From: Alphaproteobacteria bacterium
Lineage (GTDB): Bacteria; Pseudomonadota; Alphaproteobacteria; UBA828
Length of the DNA: 64,000 nt
Assembly (NCBI GenBank): GCA_965237415.1
Contig: CBDEFM010000002.1
Location: 224,001 to 288,000, forward strand
Reading direction: 5' to 3'
How positions within the stretch are numbered: position 1 is the stretch's first letter; each line of letters starts with the position of its first letter. Below are positions 30,569 to 40,264 of this stretch, piece by piece. A program made the position numbers and the translations under genes. The notes under the pieces were generated by a model. That model was not told where the DNA came from, did not search any database, and saw nothing but the letters and a program-made list of their open reading frames with translations.

Positions 30569-31426
30569 GTGGTCGACAACATCGAGCTGACGCGCGCGCC
30601 GCTGATCGAGCATCTGATCGAGCTCAGGCGCCGTCTCGCCTTTGCAGCCATCGGGCTCGTGATCGCCTTTCTCGGCTGCTGGTACGTGGCCCAGGATATC
30701 TTCGCCTTCCTGGTCGAGCCGCTGCGCGAGGTGCTGGCCGACGGAGGGCACGACACCAACCTGATCTATACCCATCTGCTGGAGGCGTTCTTCACCGAGC
30801 TGAAGATCGCCTTTTGGGGCGCATTCTTCGTCTCCTTCCCGCTGATCGCGATGCAGTTCTGGATGTTCGTGGCGCCGGGGCTTTACAAGAAGGAGAAGAC
30901 GGCTGTCCTGCCCTTCCTGTTCATTACGCCGATCCTGTTTTTCTCAGGCGGCGCATTGGTTTACTACTTCATCTTCCCGCAAGCCTTCGATTTCTTCATC
31001 TCCTACCAGGACACAGCCACGGACGATCGTCTCGGCCTCGAACTGTTGCCGAAGATCGGCGAGTACTTGTCGCTGGTGATGAAGCTGATATTCGCCTTCG
31101 GCATCGCCTTCCAGTTACCGGTCATGCTGACGCTGATGGGCCGCGCCGGCCTCGCCACCTCTGCCGGGCTCAGGCGCAAGCGCAAGTACGCCATCGTCAT
31201 CGTGTTCATTGCGGCGGCGATCCTCACACCGCCCGATCTGTTCAGCCAGATCGGCCTCGGCATTCCGCTGATCGCGCTCTACGAGATATCGATCATCTCG
31301 GTCGGCTTCGTCGAGAAGAAGCGCCGCAAGAGGCAGGAAGAGGAAGAGGCGGCCTACGCCGAGATGGACGAGCTGCTCGCCGAGTACGAGGACAGCGAAG
31401 AGACCGATTTCAACTACGACCGCTAA
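30569..31426 (+). CDS. tatC: Twin-arginine translocase TatC
   Basis: PLIEHLIELRRRL, FVAPGLY, AFGIAFQLPV, LTPPD. Confidence 0.96.
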   Translation: MVDNIELTRAPLIEHLIELRRRLAFAAIGLVIAFLGCWYVAQDIFAFLVEPLREVLADGGHDTNLIYTHLLEAFFTELKIAFWGAFFVSFPLIAMQFWMFVAPGLYKKEKTAVLPFLFITPILFFSGGALVYYFIFPQAFDFFISYQDTATDDRLGLELLPKIGEYLSLVMKLIFAFGIAFQLPVMLTLMGRAGLATSAGLRRKRKYAIVIVFIAAAILTPPDLFSQIGLGIPLIALYEISIISVGFVEKKRRKRQEEEEAAYAEMDELLAEYEDSEETDFNYDR

Positions 31427-31428
31427 GA

Positions 31429-31450
31429 GTCACCCGGCAATTGCCGTGAC
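31429..31450 (+). terminator. Hairpin after tatC
   Basis: gtca-cc-cggcaattgccg-tgac dyad. Confidence 0.45.
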
Positions 31451-31596
31451 CTTCGGGCGTCCGCTCCATTTGCATAGGCTATTGGTGGAATACGAAGATT
31501 TGCGTTCGATAGCGAGCGCATCGCGCCTATGCTCGTCTTATCGGACTAACGCCGCACACGGCACGCCGGCGTGAGTCCCGAGGGGAGGGCATCGGA

Positions 31597-32375
31597 ATGA
31601 ACGCGACACATTTCTCTGCTCCGGCACATCGATCGACCCGTACGGGGCGAGGCCCCGCGATGCCGCGGGCGATTGCGGTCTTGGCCATGGCGGCGGCACT
31701 CGCGGCAGTCCCGGCCTACGACGCGGCGGCGGAGGAGGGACGCTCCGTTGCCAGCCATATCCAGGGAGCGGGGGAGACTGTGCGCCCCGTGGCCGTGATC
31801 GAGCGCGAGGATATCGCGTTCTCCGGCATGCGTACCGTCTCGGACCTGCTGCTGAGCCGGCTCACCTACAACAGCTTCGGCCTCCATCGCCCGTTGGTGC
31901 TCGGCACCGGTCGGGCCGCGGTCTTCATCAATGGTCGCCGCATATCGACGTGCGGGCGCGGATCGGCTGGGACGCCGAGTTGGCAGATATGGTCTTCGAT
32001 GTCCGCTGGCTGCATGTGAGCCGGAACGAGACCCGCGTGGCGGGAGAGCGGCAGCCGGGCGACTTTCCGCGCAACCGCGTTCACGGTTCGCTTCGCGCGA
32101 ACTGGGGCGACGTGACCGCGAGCTGGAACGTTCACGCGGTCTCGAGCTTCTGGAACGCACGCCGGACCGGCCAGTTCGATGGGTGGGTGGGCCACGACAT
32201 CACTCTGCGCTGGAGCAACCCACTAGGGCTGACCGGAATGGACCTCACCGGCGGAATTCTCAACGTCACCGACCGCGGACCGAGTATCGATCCCACGGAC
32301 CCGGATGCTGTGTTCGCAACGCAGGATTCGATCAGGAGCCGGACGTTCTTCCTGAACGCGACGATGGCGTGGTGA
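31597..32375 (+). pseudogene. TonB-dependent receptor remnant (signal/plug start joined out of frame to barrel end)
   Basis: First frame: signal peptide and plug-like PVAVIEREDI...TVSDLL...AVFINGRRI. After ~31946 another frame gives ...DLTGGILNVTDRGP...RTFFLNATMAW-stop, a typical outer-membrane barrel C-terminus. Total only ~780 bp. Confidence 0.75.
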
Positions 32376-32385
32376 GAAGTCGGGG

Positions 32386-33033
32386 CTAATCTCCGGCCCC
32401 GCCATCGACCGAAGGCAGGCTCTCGACCGCCTCGACCGGGGTCGCCTGCGCCTCGGCAGCCTGCGCCTCGGCCGCTTGTGCCTGAGCCTGGGCTGCCCGG
32501 GCCCGGGCCTGACCATCCCGATAAAGGGCGAGGAAGTCGATCGGCGCGAGCAGAAGCGGCGGGAAGCCGCCGTCGCGGGTGACATCGGCGACGATGCGGC
32601 GCGCGAAGGGGAAGATCAGCCGCGGGCACTCGACCAGAAGCGCGGGCTCCAGCGCCTCCTGCGGGATGCCGATGAGCGTGAAGACCCCGGCGTAGGTCAG
32701 CTCCACGAGGAAGACGGGCTTTTCCTCATGCCGCGCATTGGCGGTGATCTGCAGATTGACCTCGAAGGTCGTCTCCTCGAGCCTGCGCACCTCGACCTGC
32801 ACGTTGACCGTGATATCGGGCGAGCGCTCGGCCTCGGGCGGCCGGTTGGGCGCCGACGGATTCTCGAACGAGAGGTCCTTGACGTACTGGGTCCTGATCC
32901 CGAGTTGCGGGCGCGTTTCCTGGGTACTTTGGGTGGCGCCCTGGGCCTCCTGGGCGGCCTGGGCAGTGCCGTCGCCCGGGGCGCCGGATGGCGCCGGTGT
33001 GGGTGTCTCTGTGCCGTTCTCGTCAGCCGTCAT
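32386..33033 (-). CDS. secB: Protein export chaperone SecB
   Basis: QYVKDLSFENP, ELTYAGVF, ECPRLIFPFAR, GGFPPLLLAPIDF. Confidence 0.95.
   Translation of the reverse strand: MTADENGTETPTPAPSGAPGDGTAQAAQEAQGATQSTQETRPQLGIRTQYVKDLSFENPSAPNRPPEAERSPDITVNVQVEVRRLEETTFEVNLQITANARHEEKPVFLVELTYAGVFTLIGIPQEALEPALLVECPRLIFPFARRIVADVTRDGGFPPLLLAPIDFLALYRDGQARARAAQAQAQAAEAQAAEAQATPVEAVESLPSVDGGAGD
32444..32488. repeat. Three 15-bp tandem units encoding the Ala/Gln-rich SecB tail
   Basis: gcctgcgcctcggca gcctgcgcctcggcc gcttgtgcctgagcc. Confidence 0.6.
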
Positions 33034-33518
33034 CGTTCTCCTCCGTGGGGCCGCGCACTTGGGGGGCCGGGCTCGGGCGCGTCGTCGAGCACTGTATACT
33101 CGCCCTCGATGACCCGCGCACCGTCGGCGGCCGATGCCGGGCCGCCAGCGGAGCCCGCATGACGGGCGTGAGGCGCGAAGCGGGCCAGCAGGCGGCGCAA
33201 TATGCTGCGGCGAATCGGCGGCAACAGCAGCAGGGTCCCCAACGCGTCGGTGAAGAAGCCCGGGGTCAGCAACAACACCGCCGCCACCGCCAGCGCCGCG
33301 CCCTCGGCCATCTCCGCCACGGGAAGCCGGTTCGCAGCCAGCTGTTGGCGCGCCCGCGCCAGTGTCTGGAGACCCTGCCAGCGCAAGATCACGCCGCCGA
33401 CCACGGCGGTGCCGACGATCAGCCCGATGGTCGGCCATGTTCCGATGACGCTCCCGACTTCGAGAAAAATAAAGACCTCGCCGACGGGAATCGCCAACAA
33501 GAGCAGGAGAAAGGGCAT
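33030..33518 (-). CDS. fxsA: FxsA family membrane protein
   Basis: VGSVIGTWPT, LLLTPGFFTDALG, VIEGEY. Confidence 0.92.
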   Translation of the reverse strand: MPFLLLLLAIPVGEVFIFLEVGSVIGTWPTIGLIVGTAVVGGVILRWQGLQTLARARQQLAANRLPVAEMAEGAALAVAAVLLLTPGFFTDALGTLLLLPPIRRSILRRLLARFAPHARHAGSAGGPASAADGARVIEGEYTVLDDAPEPGPPSARPHGGER

Positions 33519-33710
33519 AAAGGCGGTGTGCTCCGTGCTTGCGCTTGCGCGGCGCTCTACCTATCTTGAGCCATGTCGGCTCCCCGCGCCGGGCTTCGGC
33601 AGGAATGGCGCCGGGGTCGCCGGCGAGCGCAGACGGTGGGCCCAGGATTCGGTGGCCGTATTCAGTGGCCATTGTGCGACGGAACGCCGCCTGCCCACAA
33701 GGTTCGGGAC

Positions 33711-34505
33711 ATGTCCGACGGATTTCAGTTCTACGACATCATTTTCTTCGCGCTGATCGCGATCTTCATCATTCTGAGATTGCGCGGCGTTCTCGGGCGG
33801 CGGACCGGCCAGCAGCGCCAGCGCCATCCCGATCGTTTCGCCCGGACGGAGACGGAAAAGGCCCCGGAAGAGGGCCAGGTCCAGGGCGAGATCGTCCACC
33901 TGCCGGACCGCAGCCGGCCGGCGCCCGAGGCGCCCCAGGACGTGACGCCGGAGGATGTGTTGGCAGAGGATATGGCGTCGGAGTCCGCTGCGCCGCGGCC
34001 GATACGCGCTGCGCGGAAGGAGGCGGCGCCAGACCAGGACGATGCGATGGGCGGGCTCAGGGCCGGCCTCGAGCAGATCAGGCGGGCGGATCACGAGTTC
34101 TCGCCGCGTCGCTTCATCACAGGCTCACAGGCGGCCTTCGAAATGGTGGTGGAGGCCTTCGCCAATGGCGATACGGCGACGCTCCGGCCCCTGCTGGGCG
34201 ACGATGTCTATGACGAGTTCGCGGCGGCCATCCGCGACCGCTTGGCCGAGGGCCACGCGCAGGAGACGACCATCGTGGCTCTCGATGCGGCCGAGATCAT
34301 CAGTGCCGAGATGCGCGCCAGCACCGCGCGGGTGACGATGAAGTTCGTGAGCCAGCAGATCAACGTGGTGCGGGACAAGGATGGCGAGGAGGTCGGCGGA
34401 GACCCCAGCCTGACCGAGCGGGTTACCGATATCTGGACCTTCGCCCGCAACACCCGCTCGTCCGACCCCAACTGGGCGCTGATAGAGACCAGCATCCCCA
34501 ATTGA
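33711..34505 (+). CDS. Tim44/TimA family adaptor protein
   Basis: DIIFFALIAIFIILRLRGVLGRRTG, DIWTFAR...PNW. Confidence 0.9.
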   Translation: MSDGFQFYDIIFFALIAIFIILRLRGVLGRRTGQQRQRHPDRFARTETEKAPEEGQVQGEIVHLPDRSRPAPEAPQDVTPEDVLAEDMASESAAPRPIRAARKEAAPDQDDAMGGLRAGLEQIRRADHEFSPRRFITGSQAAFEMVVEAFANGDTATLRPLLGDDVYDEFAAAIRDRLAEGHAQETTIVALDAAEIISAEMRASTARVTMKFVSQQINVVRDKDGEEVGGDPSLTERVTDIWTFARNTRSSDPNWALIETSIPN

Positions 34506-35713
34506 GGGCGGTAATCCGGCGCTGGTCGTGGGTGCTGGCGGCCGTCGTGATCCTCATGCAGGGCTGCGCACCCCAACCTGAACGAGCCGAACCCGATCGG
34601 CTGGTGCTGCGGCCCGCCTCGTTCCAGGACTTGCCGGGGTGGGAAGCCGACGACCAGAGCGCGGCGCTTCAGACGCTGCTGCGCTCGTGCGCCGCTCTGC
34701 AAGAACGCGCCGCCGACGAGCCTCTCGATATCGCGCCTCTGGGCGGCCGCGTCGGCGATTGGCGCGGCGTCTGCGCCGAGGCTGCGAGGCTGGAGGGCGC
34801 CGACCAAGCGCGCGGCTTTTTCGAATCGCGCTTCACACCCTATGAGGCGCGCAACAACGCGAAAGTGCAGGGCCTCTTCACCGGCTATTTCGAGCCCGAG
34901 CTGCGGGGTGCCTTGCGGGCGGACGGGCGCTACCGTGTTCCCCTCTATCGCCGTCCACAGGATTTGGTATCGGTGGATCTGGGTCTGTTTCGGCCTGAGT
35001 TCGCCGGCGAGCGGATCGCCGGGCGGGTCGCGGGCGGCGTGCTGGAGCCCTACGCGACGCGGACCGAGATCGACACAGGCGCGCTGGCGGAGCAGGGGCT
35101 GGAGCTTGCCTGGGTCGACGATCCCATCGACGCGTTCTTCCTGCACATTCAGGGCTCGGGCCGCATCGCCTTCGAGGATGGAACGGTGCGTCGCGTTGCC
35201 TACGCCGCCACCAACGGCCACAACTATTTCGCGATCGGCCGCCGGCTGGTCGCGCTCGGCGCATTCAGCCCCGAGGAGGTGTCGATGCCGACGATCCGCG
35301 CGTGGCTGGAAGCGAACCCCGACCGGGCGCCGGAGATCATGCGCGAGAATGCGTCCTACGTTTTCTTCCGCTGGCTCGGCGACGGGCAGGCGGCCGAGGG
35401 CCCGGTCGGCGCCCAGGGGGTGGGGCTCACCGCCGGGCGTTCGCTCGCCGTGGACCGCCGCTTCGTGCCCCTCTCGGTGCCGATCTGGCTCGACAGCGCG
35501 GCCCCCGACCCCGATCCTGCCAAGGAGGATCGCCCCCTCAGGCGCCTCATGGTGGCGCAGGACGCCGGCAGCGCGATCCGCGGCCCGGTCCGCGGTGATG
35601 TCTATTGGGGTACGGGCGACGAAGCCGGAGCGGTCGCCGGGCGCATGAAGCATGAGGGGCGCTACTGGCTGTTCCTGCCGCGCGGTCTCGACGTGACGGC
35701 GCACCTCGACTAA
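34502..35713 (+). CDS. mltA: Membrane-bound lytic murein transglycosylase A
   Basis: Lipobox MQGC, FTGYFEP, HIQGSG, NASYVFF, QDAGSAIRG, DVYWG. Confidence 0.93.
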   Translation: MRAVIRRWSWVLAAVVILMQGCAPQPERAEPDRLVLRPASFQDLPGWEADDQSAALQTLLRSCAALQERAADEPLDIAPLGGRVGDWRGVCAEAARLEGADQARGFFESRFTPYEARNNAKVQGLFTGYFEPELRGALRADGRYRVPLYRRPQDLVSVDLGLFRPEFAGERIAGRVAGGVLEPYATRTEIDTGALAEQGLELAWVDDPIDAFFLHIQGSGRIAFEDGTVRRVAYAATNGHNYFAIGRRLVALGAFSPEEVSMPTIRAWLEANPDRAPEIMRENASYVFFRWLGDGQAAEGPVGAQGVGLTAGRSLAVDRRFVPLSVPIWLDSAAPDPDPAKEDRPLRRLMVAQDAGSAIRGPVRGDVYWGTGDEAGAVAGRMKHEGRYWLFLPRGLDVTAHLD

Positions 35714-35749
35714 TCTCTCGATCCCTTTTCCCAAGTCATCGAGCCGTCG

Positions 35750-36523
35750 ATGCCCGCAACACCCCGCCGGGTCGGCCTCTTCGTGACATGCCTCGTCGAC
35801 CTGTTCCGGCCGACGGTGGGTTTCGCCGCGGCGGCGTTGCTGGAGCGCGCCGGCTGCGAGGTGATCGTGCCGGCGGCGCAAGTCTGCTGCGGTCAGCCTG
35901 CCTACAACTCGGGCGACCGCGCCGATGCGAAGGCGATCGCCCGTGACGTGATCGCCGCGTTTGAGCCCTTCGATGCGACGGTGGCGCCGTCGGGTTCCTG
36001 CGCCGGCATGATAAAGCGCCACTACCCGTCGCTCTTCGCCGGCGATGCGGTCTGGGAGCCGCGGGCACAGCGCCTCGCCGCGCGCACCTTCGAGCTGGTG
36101 TCGTTCCTCACCGATCAGTGCGGTGTCGAAAGGGTGGACGCGCGTCACCAAGGGCGGGTCACCTACCACGATTCGTGTTCGAGCCTGCGCGAGCTCGGCA
36201 TCCGGGCACAGCCGCGGCGTCTGCTCGGCAGCGTCGACGGGCTGGAGCTTGCCGAGCTTTCGGCTCCGGATGTCTGCTGCGGCTTCGGGGGCACGTTCTG
36301 CGTCAAGTATCCCGACATCTCGGGCCGCATGGTGGCGGACAAGGCCAAGGACATCGCCGCCACCGGTGCGGACACGGTGCTCGCCGGAGATTTGGGCTGC
36401 CTGCTCAACATCGCGGGCCGCTTGTCGCGCGAGGGCTCGGCCGTGCGCGTGCGCCATGTCGCCGAGGTGCTGGCGGGCATGGACGATCGCCCGGCGATCG
36501 GCGAGCCGGCGCGGGGCCGCTGA
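35750..36523 (+). CDS. lutA: Lactate utilisation Fe-S protein LutA/LldE (CCG domains)
   Basis: FVTCLVD, QVCCGQP, YHDSC, CCGFGGTF, DLGCLLNI. Confidence 0.9.
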   Translation: MPATPRRVGLFVTCLVDLFRPTVGFAAAALLERAGCEVIVPAAQVCCGQPAYNSGDRADAKAIARDVIAAFEPFDATVAPSGSCAGMIKRHYPSLFAGDAVWEPRAQRLAARTFELVSFLTDQCGVERVDARHQGRVTYHDSCSSLRELGIRAQPRRLLGSVDGLELAELSAPDVCCGFGGTFCVKYPDISGRMVADKAKDIAATGADTVLAGDLGCLLNIAGRLSREGSAVRVRHVAEVLAGMDDRPAIGEPARGR

Positions 36524-36546
36524 GGGCCACGCAGGGGCATCGGGCG

Positions 36547-37965
36547 ATGGACGCGACCAGCCGCACCTTCGTGGCCAACGCGCGTGCCGCGCTGCAGGAC
36601 GCCGCGCTGCAGACGTCGCTCGCACGCTTTCAGGGCGGCTTTCAGGTCAAGCGGGCCGAGGCCGCGAAGCGCCTGCCGGAGTTCGAGGCGCTGCGCGACC
36701 AGGCGCGGGACATCAAGGACCACACTCTCGCACATCTCGACCACTACCTGGAGCGCTACGAGGCGCAGGTGACGGCGGCCGGCGGCACCGTACACTGGTG
36801 TCAGACGCCGGAAGAGGCGCGCCGGGTCATCCTCTCGCTCTGCCAGGCGGTCGACGCCAAGACGGTGACCAAGAGCAAGTCCATGATCGCCGAGGAGTTA
36901 GAGCTCAACCCGTTCCTCGAAGAGCATGGCATCGAGCCGGTGGAGACCGATCTCGGCGAATACGTCGTGCAGCTCGCCGACGAGCGGCCGAGCCACATCA
37001 TCGCGCCGGCGGTGCACAAGACCAAGGATCAGGTCGCCGACCTCTTTCATGAGAAGCACACGCCGCTCGGCCGCACCCGCCGCCTCGACCGGGTCGAGGA
37101 GCTGGTGGAGGAGGCCCGGGAGGTACTACGCCCGCGTTATCTCGCGGCCGATGTCGGGATCACGGGCGCGAACTTCCTGATCGCGGAGACCGGATCCAGC
37201 GCGGTCGTGACCAACGAGGGCAACGCGGACCTCACCCAGATCCTGCCGCGCGTCCACATCGTGATCGCGACGCTGGAAAAGGTGGTGCCGACGCTGGAGG
37301 ATGCGACCACGATCATGCGCGTGCTCGCGCGCTCCGCCACCGGGCAGGAGTTCTCCACCTATACGACGGTCTCGACCGGCCCGCGCCGGCCGGGCGATGC
37401 CGACGGCCCCGACGCCTATCACGTGGTGCTGCTCGACAACGGCCGCTCGCGGATTCTGGGCTCCGAATTCCGCGAGGTGCTCCGCTGCATCAAGTGCGGT
37501 GCCTGCATGAACCACTGCCCGGTGTACGGCACGGTAGGCGGCCACGCCTACGGCTGGGTCTATCCGGGGCCGGTGGGCGCGGTGCTGACGCCGAACCTGA
37601 TCGGCCTCGAAGAGGCACGCCACCTCCCCAACGCATCGAGCTTCTGCGGCCGCTGCGAGGAGGTCTGCCCGATGCGCATTCCGCTGCCGGCGCTGATGCG
37701 CACGCTCAGGGAGCAGGAGTTCGAGCGGCGCCTTAGCCCGGCTGCCGTTCGGACCGGGATCGGCGCCTGGGCCTGGCTCGCCCGGCGGCCGGCGCTCTAC
37801 CGGCTCGTGACGGGCGTTGCCATCCGCGTGTTGGGCATGCTCGGCCGCCGCCGCGGGCGCTTCACGCAGCTGCCGCTCGCAGGCGGCTGGACCGCCGCGC
37901 GCGATTTGCCGGCACCCGAAGGGGCGACCTTCCACGCGCTTTGGCGCAAGAGGCGGCGGGCATGA
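36547..37965 (+). CDS. lutB: Lactate utilisation Fe-S protein LutB/LldF
   Basis: KSKSM, ETDLGE, PSHIIAPAVH, CIKCGACMNHCPVY, CGRCEEVCP. Confidence 0.93.
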   Translation: MDATSRTFVANARAALQDAALQTSLARFQGGFQVKRAEAAKRLPEFEALRDQARDIKDHTLAHLDHYLERYEAQVTAAGGTVHWCQTPEEARRVILSLCQAVDAKTVTKSKSMIAEELELNPFLEEHGIEPVETDLGEYVVQLADERPSHIIAPAVHKTKDQVADLFHEKHTPLGRTRRLDRVEELVEEAREVLRPRYLAADVGITGANFLIAETGSSAVVTNEGNADLTQILPRVHIVIATLEKVVPTLEDATTIMRVLARSATGQEFSTYTTVSTGPRRPGDADGPDAYHVVLLDNGRSRILGSEFREVLRCIKCGACMNHCPVYGTVGGHAYGWVYPGPVGAVLTPNLIGLEEARHLPNASSFCGRCEEVCPMRIPLPALMRTLREQEFERRLSPAAVRTGIGAWAWLARRPALYRLVTGVAIRVLGMLGRRRGRFTQLPLAGGWTAARDLPAPEGATFHALWRKRRRA

Positions 37966-38666
37966 GCGGGGCAGGGGCGCGCGATGCCATCTTCGGCTCG
38001 ATCCGCCGGTCGCTCGGCCGCGGGCCCTTGGACGAGGCGGCGCGCGCCGCGCTCGACGAGCGCCTGGCCAAGCCCGTGCCCAACCTCGTGCCGGCGCGTA
38101 CCGACATTTCGGGGGACGAGAGGATTGCGCTCTTCGCCTCAATGGCCGAGAGCGTGTTCGCGACCGTGGAGCGCGTCTCCGGACCCGACGCGGTGCCCGG
38201 GGCCGTCGCCGACTATCTGGCGGGACAGAACCTGCCGCCGTCGCTGGTAATGGCGCCCGATCCAGCGCTCGATGCCTATCCGTGGGCAGACCGCCCCATG
38301 CTCGCCATCCGCCGGGGCGCGGCGGAGGAGGCCGATCGCGTCTCCGTGACCGGCGCCCTCATGGGCTTCGCCGAGACCGGGACCCTGATGATGGCCTCCG
38401 GCCCTGACCACCCGTCCACGCTCAACTTCTTGCCGGAGACGCACATCGTGGTGCTGCCGGCGGAGCGGATCGGCGGCGCCTACGAGGAGGGCTGGGCACA
38501 CTTGCGGGCCGAAGGGGTGGGCGCCACGGATGGCAATTTCATGCCGCGCACGGTCAACCTCATCACCGGCCCGTCGCGCACCGCCGATATCGAGCAAACC
38601 ATCACACTCGGCGCCCACGGGCCGCGCCGGCTGCACATCGTCATCGTGGAAGGCGGAGCTCCGTGA
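37962..38666 (+). CDS. lutC: Lactate utilisation protein LutC/LldG (LUD domain)
   Basis: AETGTL, ITGPSRTADIEQ, GAHGP. Confidence 0.9.
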   Translation: MSGAGARDAIFGSIRRSLGRGPLDEAARAALDERLAKPVPNLVPARTDISGDERIALFASMAESVFATVERVSGPDAVPGAVADYLAGQNLPPSLVMAPDPALDAYPWADRPMLAIRRGAAEEADRVSVTGALMGFAETGTLMMASGPDHPSTLNFLPETHIVVLPAERIGGAYEEGWAHLRAEGVGATDGNFMPRTVNLITGPSRTADIEQTITLGAHGPRRLHIVIVEGGAP

Positions 38667-39256
38667 GCGTCGGCGGCAGACGCGTGCGGGACGAGGAGGC
38701 GGCACTCTGGCAGCGCATCGCGCGCGACGTGACTCCGCTCCCCCGCGGAGCCGTGGCATTGGAAGAAGCGGAGGTGCCGGAGGAGGAGATACCGCCGCCG
38801 CCACCGAAGAAGATCAAGGCGCCTCGTCGCGCGGCGCCTGCGGCGGCCCCGTCGCCGCCCCGCCCGCCGGCGCTCCCCGACCTCAACCCGGTGACGCCCG
38901 CGGGCCTCGACCGGCGCACCGCGCGGCGCCTGAAGCGCGGGCAGCTCGCCGTCGAGGCGCGGCTCGACCTCCACGGCAGAACGCAAGATCAGGCGCACGA
39001 CGCGCTCAAAAGCTTCATCCAGGAGAGCCGCATGGCGCGCCGCCGCTGCGTGCTGGTCATCACTGGCAAGGGCTCGGTCGCGAGTGGCAAGGGCGGCGTG
39101 CTGCGTCAGATGGTGCCGCGCTGGCTCAACGAACCGGCGCTGCGCCGGCACATCATCGCCATCACCAACGCGCCCGAGAGCAGCGGCGGCGCCGGCGCGC
39201 TCTACGTGCTGCTCAAGAGCCGGGAGCCCTTCGACCCCGACCGTGGCGCCGGATGA
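38663..39256 (+). CDS. Smr/MutS family protein
   Basis: RLDLHG, VLVITGKG, GGAGALYV. Confidence 0.9.
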   Translation: MSVGGRRVRDEEAALWQRIARDVTPLPRGAVALEEAEVPEEEIPPPPPKKIKAPRRAAPAAAPSPPRPPALPDLNPVTPAGLDRRTARRLKRGQLAVEARLDLHGRTQDQAHDALKSFIQESRMARRRCVLVITGKGSVASGKGGVLRQMVPRWLNEPALRRHIIAITNAPESSGGAGALYVLLKSREPFDPDRGAG

Positions 39257-39638
39257 GCCGAAATCCCCGGCCGTGGGGGAGGGGCTTATCGCCTTCCTCG
39301 ACCGGCTGGCGCGGCGCCTTGCAGTCGAAGTGCACACGCTCTGGCTGGTGTTTCGCCACCGCGAGACGCCCTGGCCGGTCAAGGCGGTCTTGATCCTGCT
39401 CCTCGCTTATCTCGCAAGCCCCATCGACCTCATCCCCGATGTCATTCCCGTGCTCGGAATGCTCGACGACCTCGCAGTGGCGGCGGTCGCGCTCTGGTTC
39501 GCCTATCGGCTGACGCCACCCCACGTGATGGAGGAATGCCGCGCCAAGGCCAGCGAGGCGGCTGCGGGGCGGGAGGGCTGGGTTTCGCGGCTCTGGCGCA
39601 AGCTTACCGGCCAAGATCGGCCCGATGGCGGAAGCTGA
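39243..39638 (+). CDS. YkvA/DUF1232 family membrane protein (start uncertain)
   Basis: AYLASPIDLIPDVIPVLGMLDD. Confidence 0.85.
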   Translation: MAPDEPKSPAVGEGLIAFLDRLARRLAVEVHTLWLVFRHRETPWPVKAVLILLLAYLASPIDLIPDVIPVLGMLDDLAVAAVALWFAYRLTPPHVMEECRAKASEAAAGREGWVSRLWRKLTGQDRPDGGS

Positions 39639-39791
39639 TGGCCGCCGCCGCCGGCCGCGAAAATCACAAAAGAGTCATACCAATAGCCGCCCTTGTCATC
39701 GCCCAACCCATCGGGCAGATTGCCGCCGATTCCGCCGGCCGCACCCTTTAGCGGCGGAGGGAGCGGCGGGACGCGCGTTAGGGAGGAAAGG

Positions 39792-40220
39792 ATGCGACCG
39801 AATATCCCCGAGGAAACCGGCATTCAGCTCGACCAGGGCAGAGCCTCGACCGACGACTTCATCACCCGCACCTACGTGCTGCCGCTGCTCACCGATCCGG
39901 CCACGCGCGAGCGCCTGATCGAGGAGCACCGGAACAACCCGGTCGGCAAGCCCGGCAAGGCCGGCAAGGCCGGCGTCGGCCACAGCCCCGATCTCATCAC
40001 GGTGATCGACAAGCTGCGCCGCGCGCCCATGACCGGCAAGTACGTGCGGATCTGCACCAAGCCGCGTGAGGAATACCGCATCGGCATCACCTCCGGCGTG
40101 CGCGGGGAGCCGGTCAAGATCCTGGAGGACGAGACCTATCCGAGCGAGGACGCGTGCGAGCACGCGATCTTCGTCAAGCGCGTTCACGACCTCCTGGCGC
40201 TGTACGGCTACGGCGCGTAG
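39792..40220 (+). CDS. N,N-dimethylformamidase small (alpha) subunit-like protein
   Basis: RBS ggagg; LIEEHRNNPVG, HSPDL, LRRAP..GKY, EHAIFVKR; directly upstream of the large subunit. Confidence 0.8.
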   Translation: MRPNIPEETGIQLDQGRASTDDFITRTYVLPLLTDPATRERLIEEHRNNPVGKPGKAGKAGVGHSPDLITVIDKLRRAPMTGKYVRICTKPREEYRIGITSGVRGEPVKILEDETYPSEDACEHAIFVKRVHDLLALYGYGA

Positions 40221-40264
40221 ACGCCCGCTTTTAATTCGACGAACACACGGTTGGGAGACACGAC

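Noticed and set aside
28995-31952. ATCGACG near both the ade and TonB-receptor deletion junctions
   Set aside because: ATCGAC (Ile-Asp) is very common in this genome and the exact breakpoints are unknown.
39672-39685. GntR/FadR-like half site (gagtcatacca) upstream of the DMFase genes
   Set aside because: Only a partial dyad, and no regulator gene is present in the window.
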